Source: Candidatus Babelota bacterium (GTDB lineage: Bacteria > Babelota > Babeliae > Babelales > Vermiphilaceae). Taken from it: a stretch of 32,000 nt of DNA. The position numbers and the translations under genes are program-made. Below, piece by piece: positions 18,249-27,155 of this stretch. Each line of letters starts with the position of its first letter. Position 1 is the first letter of the stretch. The notes below the pieces were generated by a model. The model ran no database searches and had not been told where the DNA came from. It saw nothing but the letters and a program-made list of their open reading frames with translations. The stretch spans positions 540,001 through 572,000 of the forward strand of contig JBDHVY010000001.1 of NCBI GenBank assembly GCA_039809905.1, read 5' to 3'.

Positions 18249-18545
18249 TTATCTTCCTGTGCCAGGTTTATGTGTTTGCTTAGGAACTTTTTGGTGTTTT
18301 GGGATATTATTGCAATATCGGCCAGTACGAAATGCTTTTGCTTTATCCTCATAAGGATAATTTGTATGGCATCTAGCAAAATGACCTATCATAAGCAACA
18401 AATTCTGCTGCTCAGCAGAAATTACTTGTTGCCTATTTTCAAAGGTAGTAACATTATTTTTTGCTTTCCAGCTATTTTCGAATGAATTTTGATTCATTGC
18501 ATAACTGGAACTAACACACATCATAAGCATTAGTGCTTTTTTCAT
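18249..18545 (-). CDS. Small exported hypothetical protein
   Basis: 98 aa; MKKALMLMMCVSSSYA signal peptide; own terminator downstream. Confidence 0.65.
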   Translation of the reverse strand: MKKALMLMMCVSSSYAMNQNSFENSWKAKNNVTTFENRQQVISAEQQNLLLMIGHFARCHTNYPYEDKAKAFRTGRYCNNIPKHQKVPKQTHKPGTGR

Positions 18546-18556
18546 TATTAATTTCC

Positions 18557-21157
18557 CTATTTATTATTCTTCAGCCACTCTTTAATCATATCACCAAGTT
18601 GTGGATTAAATTTCTCTCCTCCACCTTGAATACTATTTTTTGAACCACCGCCACGAAGGCCTTGTGTTTGCAACCATGAAGCAAATTGTTTCATATCAAC
18701 TGCATGCGCAAACTGAGAAGAAATTGCTGTATAAAACGATACAGGCTCATGAGTTGTGCCATGATTATAAATAAAATATAATCCTGGTTGTTTTTGATCA
18801 AACTGAGCTACAAGCATACGCATGTCTTCTGCAGCCATTCCTGTATTATACACACATAAAAATGGAATATTATTGATCAGTTCAATCTGTTGAAGCATAT
18901 GCGGAATTTGCGCACTCAGTGATTGTTGTTTTAATTGTTTAACTTCTTGCTGCAAACTTTTTAATTGTTCTTTCTGTTTAACAATAGCTTCAAGAACATC
19001 TTCACGCTTAACTTTATAATCTTGGCTTAATGATTTTACTGCATTAAAAGCTTCTTGGAATAAATCAATTGCACGCGGCCCTGTTACTGCAAAGATACGA
19101 CGATGCCCTGCTGAAAGTGCAACACTTTCGGTGATTTTAAATGTACCAATATCACCAGTTGCATGCACATGCGTACCACCACATAATTCAACAGAAAAGT
19201 CATCAACTTGCACCATACGGACATTTTCTGGTTTGTATTTTTCACCAAAAAAGGCTAATGCACCTTTTTGTTGTGCTTCTTTTAAACTGCAATATTCAAT
19301 AACAACGGGAATATTTTGACGTATTTTTTCATTAACTAAATCTTCAACTCGTTTAATATCTTCAGCTGAAAGTTGTTGATGATAGGTAAAATCAAAACGT
19401 AAATAATCAGGATGAACAAGAGAACCAGATTGCTGGATTTGCTTACCAAAGAGCTCAATCAATGCCGCTTGCAATAAATGTGTTCCTGTGTGATTTTTCA
19501 TCGCATTAGTACGCCATGTTTTATCCACACGAGAAATAACTGTATCTCCAACAGAAAGAGAAGTAGGAGCCACAATTTTTGCAGCAATCGCGTTTCCAAT
19601 AAATCGCACTTCTGTTATTGGTGTTTCCACACCATTAAACGTCAACCAACCTTGATCAGGAACTTGGCCACCACCAACGATAAAGAATGGTGATTGTTGT
19701 GCAATTACATATGCAGTTTGCCCAGGAAATACTGTTTCAACTAATTGATTATCAGCAACAAGCGCTGCAATAGTTGATGTTGTTTCTAATTCTTTGTATC
19801 CCGTAAATTCTGATGCTATATTAACTTCTAATTGCGCAAGTTCATCAATAACTTTTTTACCTGATTGATTTTGCTGTTTAACCATCTCTACATCAAAGCC
19901 ATCCATATCAACGGAATAGCCTTTATGACGAGCAACAGCACCAATCAGTTCTATCGGAAAACCATACGTATCATATAACTTGAATGTTTGTTCACCCGTA
20001 ATAATTTTATTATCTTTTGATTCTTCAAGATATTTTTCTAAAACAATATTGCCGCGAATAAGATTTGCTGAGAATTTTTCAATCTCACTTTTTAAGATAG
20101 TGTAAATCAGTTCTTGATTGGTACGTAGCTCAGGATAAATATCTCCAAACTCTTGCACAACAACACGGGATAATTCTGGAAAAATATTTTTATCGGTTAG
20201 CTTTTGTACAAATAAAGCTGCTCGACGAATAATTTTACGAAGCACATATCCGCGACCATCATTAGTTGGTGCACAACCATCTGCAATAATCATTGTTGAA
20301 GAACGAATATGATCAGCTATGACATGAAATGCTGCTTTATGTTCGCCCTGCTGATCTTTATAAACTACGCCAGTAAGTTCTTCTATTTTTGATAAAATAG
20401 AAGCAAAAATATCGGTGTTATAAACTGAATCTTGACCCTGCACAACACTACAAATTCTTTCTAAGCCCATACCAGTATCAACACCAGTTTGCTTAAGAGG
20501 TTTAAATGTGCCATCAAGTTGACGATCAAATTGCATAAATACAAGGTTCCATACTTCTAAAAATCGATCACAGTCACATCCGGGACCACATTCTGCTATA
20601 TCAGCATGACCGTATTGCGCGCCACGATCTACATAAATTTCTGTACAAGGACCACAAGGACCAACATCACCCATCTGCCAAAAGTTATCTTTTGCTCCAA
20701 GGCGATAAATGCGTTGAGCAGGAACTTGTATATCGGTATTCCATATTTGAAAGGCTTCATCATCAGTTTCAAAGATAGAAATGTATAAAGTTTCAGGATT
20801 AAGATTTACTTCTTTTGTTAAAAAATCCCATGCATAGCGTATTGCATCTTTTTTAAAGTAATCACCAAAAGAAAAATTGCCCATCATTTCAAAAAAGGTA
20901 AGATGTCGCTTGGTGAACCCAACATTATCCAAATCATTATGTTTGCCACCAGCACGAACACATTTTTGGATACTAACAGCTCGGTTATAGCTTCGTTTTT
21001 CAAGCCCTAAAAAAAGATCCTTAAATTGATTCATGCCAGCGTTGGCAAAAAGAATTGTAGGATCTTGAGCAGGAATTAGTGAAGAACTTGCAACTGATTC
21101 ATGGCCATTTCTAACAAAAAATTGTATAAATTTATTTCTAATTTCTCGTGAATTCAT
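18557..21157 (-). CDS. alaS: Alanyl-tRNA synthetase
   Basis: MNSREIRNKFIQFFVRNGHE, ANAGMNQFKDLFLG, SVQKCVRAGGKHNDLDNVG, NHTGTHLLQAAL, VELCGGTHVHATGDIG. Confidence 0.97.
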   Translation of the reverse strand: MNSREIRNKFIQFFVRNGHESVASSSLIPAQDPTILFANAGMNQFKDLFLGLEKRSYNRAVSIQKCVRAGGKHNDLDNVGFTKRHLTFFEMMGNFSFGDYFKKDAIRYAWDFLTKEVNLNPETLYISIFETDDEAFQIWNTDIQVPAQRIYRLGAKDNFWQMGDVGPCGPCTEIYVDRGAQYGHADIAECGPGCDCDRFLEVWNLVFMQFDRQLDGTFKPLKQTGVDTGMGLERICSVVQGQDSVYNTDIFASILSKIEELTGVVYKDQQGEHKAAFHVIADHIRSSTMIIADGCAPTNDGRGYVLRKIIRRAALFVQKLTDKNIFPELSRVVVQEFGDIYPELRTNQELIYTILKSEIEKFSANLIRGNIVLEKYLEESKDNKIITGEQTFKLYDTYGFPIELIGAVARHKGYSVDMDGFDVEMVKQQNQSGKKVIDELAQLEVNIASEFTGYKELETTSTIAALVADNQLVETVFPGQTAYVIAQQSPFFIVGGGQVPDQGWLTFNGVETPITEVRFIGNAIAAKIVAPTSLSVGDTVISRVDKTWRTNAMKNHTGTHLLQAALIELFGKQIQQSGSLVHPDYLRFDFTYHQQLSAEDIKRVEDLVNEKIRQNIPVVIEYCSLKEAQQKGALAFFGEKYKPENVRMVQVDDFSVELCGGTHVHATGDIGTFKITESVALSAGHRRIFAVTGPRAIDLFQEAFNAVKSLSQDYKVKREDVLEAIVKQKEQLKSLQQEVKQLKQQSLSAQIPHMLQQIELINNIPFLCVYNTGMAAEDMRMLVAQFDQKQPGLYFIYNHGTTHEPVSFYTAISSQFAHAVDMKQFASWLQTQGLRGGGSKNSIQGGGEKFNPQLGDMIKEWLKNNK

Positions 21158-21268
21158 CTTTTTATCCTGATTATAACCCTATTGCCCCCGTATTTTATTA
21201 CATCTCTTAGTATTCCATAAATTAGAATAAGTTAAAAGGGTCGCAGGAAAGCGGGAAAAAAAGAAGAA

Positions 21269-21946
21269 TTAGGTCATAACCTGGCTTTTTCTTAAAGCCT
21301 CATAGATTAAGCTCGGAACACGAGATTTAATCTTTTGGTATCTATCACCACGAAGAGCATAACGGACTATTCTTTTAGTGTCTTTATCTTGCAGTATGCC
21401 AAGCAGTGGATGTTCTTCGGGTTTAACAGTAGTTAAGGCCCCGCGATTTTCCAGCATTTTATCTATAAGTAACCCATTACGAAGCATTCTTGATGGATAA
21501 TAAAAATACGCATAACTTTTATAGTCGAGCGGCGGATTATCATAACTTGCTACTTTGGATATATAACGAACAATACAATTAACCAAAGGAATTATAGTAT
21601 GTTTATGATAAATAATATTAAAATCACGGACAGGTCTACCATCTAAATCAGTCATATTAACGTTTGCACCCCATTGCAAAAACAATGTTGCTAACACAGG
21701 ATTGCTCATTCGCACAGCTTTCATAAGCGGCGTTGTTTTGTACATAGGTGATACATAATTAGGATCAGCTCCCAAAGAAAGCAGTTCTTTTATGCTTTTT
21801 ATATCGTAAGGATTATTAACTATCGCGCAAGAAAGACTAAGATTCGGATCTTTCTTTCTTTTTTTATCAACGCCTTCCACAATATCCATTGTTTGAATAA
21901 TACTAACAATAGATAAGCATGTACTAAGCATTACTCGTTTTATCAT
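21269..21946 (-). CDS. Exported ankyrin-repeat protein
   Basis: Signal-like MIKRVMLSTCLSIVSIIQTMDIVEG; ankyrin signatures IKELLSLGADPNYVSPMYKTTPLMKAVR and LATLFLQWGANVNMTDLDGRPV. Confidence 0.85.
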   Translation of the reverse strand: MIKRVMLSTCLSIVSIIQTMDIVEGVDKKRKKDPNLSLSCAIVNNPYDIKSIKELLSLGADPNYVSPMYKTTPLMKAVRMSNPVLATLFLQWGANVNMTDLDGRPVRDFNIIYHKHTIIPLVNCIVRYISKVASYDNPPLDYKSYAYFYYPSRMLRNGLLIDKMLENRGALTTVKPEEHPLLGILQDKDTKRIVRYALRGDRYQKIKSRVPSLIYEALRKSQVMT

Positions 21947-22069
21947 TATATCTTCCTTTTTTTGTATATTTTTTTACTATAAAACGTCGACTCATTAAAA
22001 ACATAGCTTTTTCTCTTTTTTTGCTATGCTATTGGTCTATAGCATTCAATTATAAAAAAAGGAGTTGCA

Positions 22070-22999
22070 ATGATACCAGTATTTTTATTAGCCCTATCTA
22101 TAGTTTCTCTCACCTATCATGCAGAAATTTCACCAAAAGCTATCGGACCATATGTAGATTTTGACACAGCAATGAAAAAAAATGTTTTCCCCGATGTTTA
22201 TCAACTAACAGCCCATATTTTTCAAACAGACAGTTATCGCTTATACGATTTTTTCAAAGATCTTTTTGAAATACAGATCCATCAAGAAATAGGAACAGAA
22301 TTAAAAATACCTAAAATAATTCATCAAATTTGGCTTGGAAGCCCTTTTCCAGAAGAATTTAAAGCTCTGCAACAATCATGGATTGACTATCACTTAGATC
22401 GTGGGTGGGTATACAAATTATGGACAGATGAAGATGTTGCACAACTACAATTGCACAACCAAGAATTTTATGATGCAACTGATAATTATGGCGTAAAATC
22501 GGATATTTTACGCTGGGAACTTCTCTATCATTTCGGAGGAGTTTATATTGATACCGATTATGAATGTTTACGAGCTCTTGATGAATTACACTATACGTAT
22601 GATTTCTATACCGCTCTTCAACCACTTGATACCGCATTTATACAACTTGGGGCAGCTCTCGTTGGTTCACGGCCTGGACATCCTATTTTAGAACATTGTA
22701 TTGTAACAATTAAAGATGATTGGCATCACAAAGGAGCTCCGAAAAAAACGGGACCTGTACATTTCACCAAATCATTTTATGCAATAGCTGGAAAAGATGG
22801 CAATAAAGATATCGCGTTTCCCGCATTCTATTTTTATCCACTTGGCTGCAGAGAAACAAATGACAATAGATGCACATGGATAGAGCAAGGCTCCTTTGCG
22901 GTGCATTGGTGGGCAAAAAGTTGGATGCCACAAAATTATCGCCCTATGCTTTCTAGAAACATAGATAATGCATTATCAGCTCAAAGTTGGAATGATTAA
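22070..22999 (+). CDS. Exported glycosyltransferase, OCH1 / large-clostridial-toxin-type DXD sugar-binding fold
   Basis: Signal-like MIPVFLLALSIVSLTYHA; IPKIIHQIWLGSPFPEEFKALQQSW; SDILRWELLYHFGGVYIDTDYECLRAL; SRPGHPILEHCI. Confidence 0.88.
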   Translation: MIPVFLLALSIVSLTYHAEISPKAIGPYVDFDTAMKKNVFPDVYQLTAHIFQTDSYRLYDFFKDLFEIQIHQEIGTELKIPKIIHQIWLGSPFPEEFKALQQSWIDYHLDRGWVYKLWTDEDVAQLQLHNQEFYDATDNYGVKSDILRWELLYHFGGVYIDTDYECLRALDELHYTYDFYTALQPLDTAFIQLGAALVGSRPGHPILEHCIVTIKDDWHHKGAPKKTGPVHFTKSFYAIAGKDGNKDIAFPAFYFYPLGCRETNDNRCTWIEQGSFAVHWWAKSWMPQNYRPMLSRNIDNALSAQSWND

Positions 23000-23024
23000 A
23001 ATAATCTCCAAAAATATAATATAA

Positions 23025-23066
23025 AAAAAGGTTATGAACGTGTTGACTAACATTCATAACCTTTTT
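23025..23066. terminator. Bidirectional intrinsic terminator
   Basis: AAAAAGGTTATGAA (23025-23038) / TTCATAACCTTTTT (23053-23066), with an inner TGTT/AACA helix. Confidence 0.9.
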
Positions 23067-23102
23067 ACTTAAACACTCTTTGCTTTACATGTTTACGTGA
23101 AA

Positions 23103-24602
23103 TTAACTTTCTTTTTTCAATGAAAATCTACTTGATGGCGTACGCTTGCGAAGATAAATAGGAACCAGTTTACGTAAGTATTCATTACGCTTTTTACACA
23201 AATATGATTGACCTATTGCATCACAAGCAAACCCAAGCTGTTTAAGCATTTCAGGATTAACAATATTACGCGCATCAACAATAATTGCATTCTTCATATT
23301 TTTTTTAAGACGTCTAAAATCTATCTGTTTAATCTGATCCCAATCAGTCATGATAATCACTGCGTCAGCATCTACCGTTGCTTCATATGGTGAGTGGCAA
23401 TACAATAAATCAGGAAAAATTTTGCACATATTATCAATAGCAATTGGGTCATATGCTTTAACAATAGCACCTTGTTGTAATAAAAGCTCAATTGTTTTAA
23501 TTGAAGGAGAATAGCGAACATCATCAGTATTTGCTTTAAATGCAAGCCCCAAAACAGCTACTGTTTTACCCGCTATATTTTCGCCCAGTTCTTTAAGCAT
23601 GAGTGTTTGCAATTTTTCAACAGGTTTTCCTTGTTGCGTTGCATTGACATCAAGCGCTGCTTGAACGGTATGAAAGGGTAATTTATGTTGACGAGCAATA
23701 TGAACTATTGCTTGAGAATCTTTTGGAAAGCAAGATCCTCCAAAACCAGGACCTGGATTAAGAAACGCAGGGCTAATTCTATGATCTAACCCCATTGCAT
23801 ATGCAACCGTTTTGACATCTGCATCAGTAGCGTCGCAAAGGTTAGCAATTTCATTAATGTAACTTATTTTTACCGACAAAAATGCGTTAGATGCATATTT
23901 AATCATTTCTGCTGTTTGAACATCAGTAAGTACATGTGGTGTACCGCCAGTAATGAGTGTTTCATATACTTCACATAATGCAATTAACGCACTATCAGAA
24001 TCTGTTCCAATAACAAGTCTATCGGGATACAGAAAATCATTAACCGCAAGGCCTTCACGCAAAAATTCAGGATTAGAAACAATACTAAATAAATGAGGAT
24101 CTATACCATATTTATCCTCTAATTGTGCTCGTATTTTTTTACCTGTACCTATTGGAACAGTACTTTTAGTTACGATAATTTTATATGAAGTAATATTTTC
24201 AGCGATTGTTCTGATAACTCCATCAATGTATGATAAATCAGCACTGCCATCATCGCCCATAGGTGTTCCAACAGCAATAAAAATAATATCTCCCATGATG
24301 ATTGCATCTACAACATTATCAGTAAACATAAGCCGTTCTGCATCAACATTGCGCGCAACCAGTTCTTGCAAACCTATTTCATAAATCGGCATAATTCCGT
24401 TGTGCAACATTTCTATTTTTTTTGTATCAATATCGGCACAAATAACTGAATTGCCAATCTCCGCAAGACATGCTCCAGAAACAAGCCCTACATAGCCTGT
24501 TCCTATTACCGTAATTATTTTATCGCTTTGTGCATTAATAAATAATGGCGGCAACAATAATAATCCAATAAAGAAATGTTTGCGAGCAACTGATGAAAAC
24601 AT
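23103..24602 (-). CDS. ugd: UDP-glucose 6-dehydrogenase with N-terminal signal peptide
   Basis: ITVIGTGYVGLVSGACLAEIG, VGTPMGDDGSADLSYI, NPEFLREGLAVNDFLYPDRLVIG, PGPGFGGSCFPKD, AVLGLAFKANTDDVRYSPS. SD AAAGGAG supports the start at 24602, giving leader MFSSVARKHFFIGLLLLPPLFINAQ. Confidence 0.95.
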   Translation of the reverse strand: MFSSVARKHFFIGLLLLPPLFINAQSDKIITVIGTGYVGLVSGACLAEIGNSVICADIDTKKIEMLHNGIMPIYEIGLQELVARNVDAERLMFTDNVVDAIIMGDIIFIAVGTPMGDDGSADLSYIDGVIRTIAENITSYKIIVTKSTVPIGTGKKIRAQLEDKYGIDPHLFSIVSNPEFLREGLAVNDFLYPDRLVIGTDSDSALIALCEVYETLITGGTPHVLTDVQTAEMIKYASNAFLSVKISYINEIANLCDATDADVKTVAYAMGLDHRISPAFLNPGPGFGGSCFPKDSQAIVHIARQHKLPFHTVQAALDVNATQQGKPVEKLQTLMLKELGENIAGKTVAVLGLAFKANTDDVRYSPSIKTIELLLQQGAIVKAYDPIAIDNMCKIFPDLLYCHSPYEATVDADAVIIMTDWDQIKQIDFRRLKKNMKNAIIVDARNIVNPEMLKQLGFACDAIGQSYLCKKRNEYLRKLVPIYLRKRTPSSRFSLKKES

Positions 24603-24798
24603 ACAAGACTCCTTTTTTATAATCTTCACTACTATCTACCTTGAATTGTAGTGTATAAATTGTTTCTTGTTATCAGCAACCTTTTTATCGATATGTTGCA
24701 TTTATTGAGCACATATATAGTAAAAGTTTTTTGTAGAATTTGTTTCTGTTTTTTTGTAATTTATCTAACAATATCATTACAAAGAAAAGGAAATTATA

Positions 24799-26316
24799 AT
24801 GAAATATATAACTACAATACTGCTATTTTTTTTCGCTATGGGGCATCTCATTAATGGCGAATTTCAACCTGCTGTCATAGCAAATGAGCGTCCCATTGTT
24901 GTAGTTGTATGTTCTTATAATAATGGTCAATGGTCAGAAAATACGCTTAAATCTATTTTTACACAAAATTATTCTAATTTTAGAGTAATCATTGTTGATG
25001 ATTGCTCTACCGATAACAACGTTGAAGTTATTCAAAAATTTATTGATGATTATGATCTTTCTGATCGCGTAACATTTATTAAAAATAGTAAGCGCCAACG
25101 TAAATTATTTAATCTTTATCGTGTTCTTTATGATTGTCATGATGATGAAATAGTGTTTATGGTTGATGGAGATGATTCAATAAATGGTTCTGATGTTTTT
25201 TCATATATCAATAGCATCTATAGCGATGAAGATGTCTGGTTTACCTATGGACAATATCGTAATGTTCCTGCATCTCAAGCAATTGCATGGGGCCATAAAG
25301 AAATGGGCTATTGCAGACCAGTACCCAAACATGTTCAGCGAAAACAAGCATATCGTTACTATAGTTTTATTTATATGCATCCTCGATCGTTTCGTGCATG
25401 GCTTTTTAAGATGGTAAAACTTGAAGATCTCATTGCTGATAAAATTGATTCTTTTGAAGGAGACTTTTACCCAGCAAGTAACGATGTTGCCATGTATTTC
25501 CCTATGGTAGAAATGGCACATACTCATATTAAATTTATTCCTGATATTCTTTATATAAGAAATCTATATTCAGAAATAGTTGGTTTTAAAGTTGATCGCA
25601 GAATCCAAACAGCCTCTGCGCGTGAAATTAGAAAAAAAAATAGTTATTCTGTGTTGTTTCAACCAAAAAAGTATAGACTCGATCATTTCGCAAAAGCATC
25701 TGCTGACGTGTTTATGCTGTGCAGAAATAATCTCACTAATATAGAAAGTATTTTGCAGATGATTGGACAAAAAACAACTAATCTGGGAAATATCTATCTC
25801 TTCTTTCAAAATACAATAGATAACAAAAAAATATGTCGTTTTATTAAAAAACGTTTTCCTCATGTTATTTTTGTTCCTTGCGATTTGAATGGCAACAAGG
25901 GCTTAAAAAGTAGACTTTTGGATTGCCTAAGTATAGCAAAAAATGAACACATATTGTTTGTAACAGATAGATCTTCCATCATAAAAAATATAGATTTTTC
26001 ACATTCTATTTTTTGGCTTGAAAAAACATTTGCGTATCGATTTTATTTCAATCGATACGCAACGCATGAAGGAGTACCAAAATTTATTCCACTCACAGAC
26101 AATGTGTGCGCATGGAAAATTAATAATGGCTCAAGCAAATGGAAAGGCACCACGCTTGATGATGCTTTCTTATGCCGAAAAACCTTTTTTTACCATGAAA
26201 TTAAAAAATTAGACTTCAGCAATGCATATAATTTTTTAAAAGAAATTCATTCATTAACACCTGCAACTTGCGTAGGATTATTCCCATATGATCCAACCAT
26301 TAGCGTTGCTAGTTGA
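24799..26316 (+). CDS. Exported family 2-like glycosyltransferase
   Basis: Leader MKYITTILLFFFAMGHLINGEF; IVVVVCSYNNGQWSENTLKSIFTQNYSNFRVIIVDDCSTDNN and EIVFMVDGDD. Confidence 0.9.
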   Translation: MKYITTILLFFFAMGHLINGEFQPAVIANERPIVVVVCSYNNGQWSENTLKSIFTQNYSNFRVIIVDDCSTDNNVEVIQKFIDDYDLSDRVTFIKNSKRQRKLFNLYRVLYDCHDDEIVFMVDGDDSINGSDVFSYINSIYSDEDVWFTYGQYRNVPASQAIAWGHKEMGYCRPVPKHVQRKQAYRYYSFIYMHPRSFRAWLFKMVKLEDLIADKIDSFEGDFYPASNDVAMYFPMVEMAHTHIKFIPDILYIRNLYSEIVGFKVDRRIQTASAREIRKKNSYSVLFQPKKYRLDHFAKASADVFMLCRNNLTNIESILQMIGQKTTNLGNIYLFFQNTIDNKKICRFIKKRFPHVIFVPCDLNGNKGLKSRLLDCLSIAKNEHILFVTDRSSIIKNIDFSHSIFWLEKTFAYRFYFNRYATHEGVPKFIPLTDNVCAWKINNGSSKWKGTTLDDAFLCRKTFFYHEIKKLDFSNAYNFLKEIHSLTPATCVGLFPYDPTISVAS

Positions 26317-27065
26317 ACCGTTTTGTTTTGCTTGCGCACTCTTTTACGAACATACTCTAATTGGGCAATTTTGTTTTTGATACCTTTGGTCCAATTAGCA
26401 TGATGCATAACAATGCCTGTGGGTACTGGTAAACTTCTTCCCGGCAGCCACAGGTATCCTGTTTTTCCTGTTAATGTTCCACCACCAAAAAAAATATTGG
26501 GTAAATACTCCCATGTCACATCATAAGGATTTTTTTTACTGTTTTTCTTAATACAACGATTAAAAGAATTTTGATCGCTATTAATTTTATCTTTTTGCAT
26601 AAGCTTCTTCACATCAGTCCATAGACGCAATGTTTTTTCATTGCCTCTGCATGCAAAAAAACCTGTACAAAGATCTCCTGCTGGATTATTTCTTTGCATT
26701 ACAATATCTTTGTCCTGCATAAGCTTAGTTATAATATCTTCAATCGGAGCGAAAAATTGAATATCTACATCTGAAAAGATAAACCATGAATCCCAATTTT
26801 CTTTGATCGCATCGATGATAAGATCAACTTTACGTATTGTTGTATCTGTCCATCCCTGACTCATAAATTGCGCAGATGGGCACGTTTGTTCAGCAAATCT
26901 AAAAATAATCTCAAAATCATCTTGTAATGAAGGCAAAAAATATGAATTTTTTAAAATCTCGTGAGAAGGAGTGTATAGTGCATAAAGCTTGATACGATCA
27001 CGAGCATAATTTTCGGTGGCTTGCATTACAATAAGGCATAGCAAGAATATATACATTCTTTTCAT
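26247..27065 (-). CDS. Exported GT77-like nucleotide-diphospho-sugar transferase
   Basis: Leader MKRMYIFLLCLIVMQATENYA; WDSWFIFSDVDIQFFAP (DxD), GFFACRGNEKTLRLW and SDQNSFNRCI. Confidence 0.72.
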   Translation of the reverse strand: MKRMYIFLLCLIVMQATENYARDRIKLYALYTPSHEILKNSYFLPSLQDDFEIIFRFAEQTCPSAQFMSQGWTDTTIRKVDLIIDAIKENWDSWFIFSDVDIQFFAPIEDIITKLMQDKDIVMQRNNPAGDLCTGFFACRGNEKTLRLWTDVKKLMQKDKINSDQNSFNRCIKKNSKKNPYDVTWEYLPNIFFGGGTLTGKTGYLWLPGRSLPVPTGIVMHHANWTKGIKNKIAQLEYVRKRVRKQNKTVQLATLMVGSYGNNPTQVAGVNE

Positions 27066-27155
27066 AACAATTTCCTTTTTTTTTATGATTGTGTTTTTTT
27101 ATCATGCTTATTACTTTAGCATTAAGCGTACGAAAAAAAAGATTTCAAAAAAAGG

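Noticed and set aside
18228-18485. 85-aa plus-strand ORF after pth
   Set aside because: Antisense to the small exported gene and begins inside its terminator hairpin.
19131-20788. Small plus-strand ORFs inside alaS
   Set aside because: alaS is intact and motif-complete; these are chance antisense ORFs.
24651-24854. 67-aa plus-strand ORF upstream of the GT2 gene
   Set aside because: Overlaps the start of a well-supported gene in another frame; hydrophobic AT-rich sequence only.
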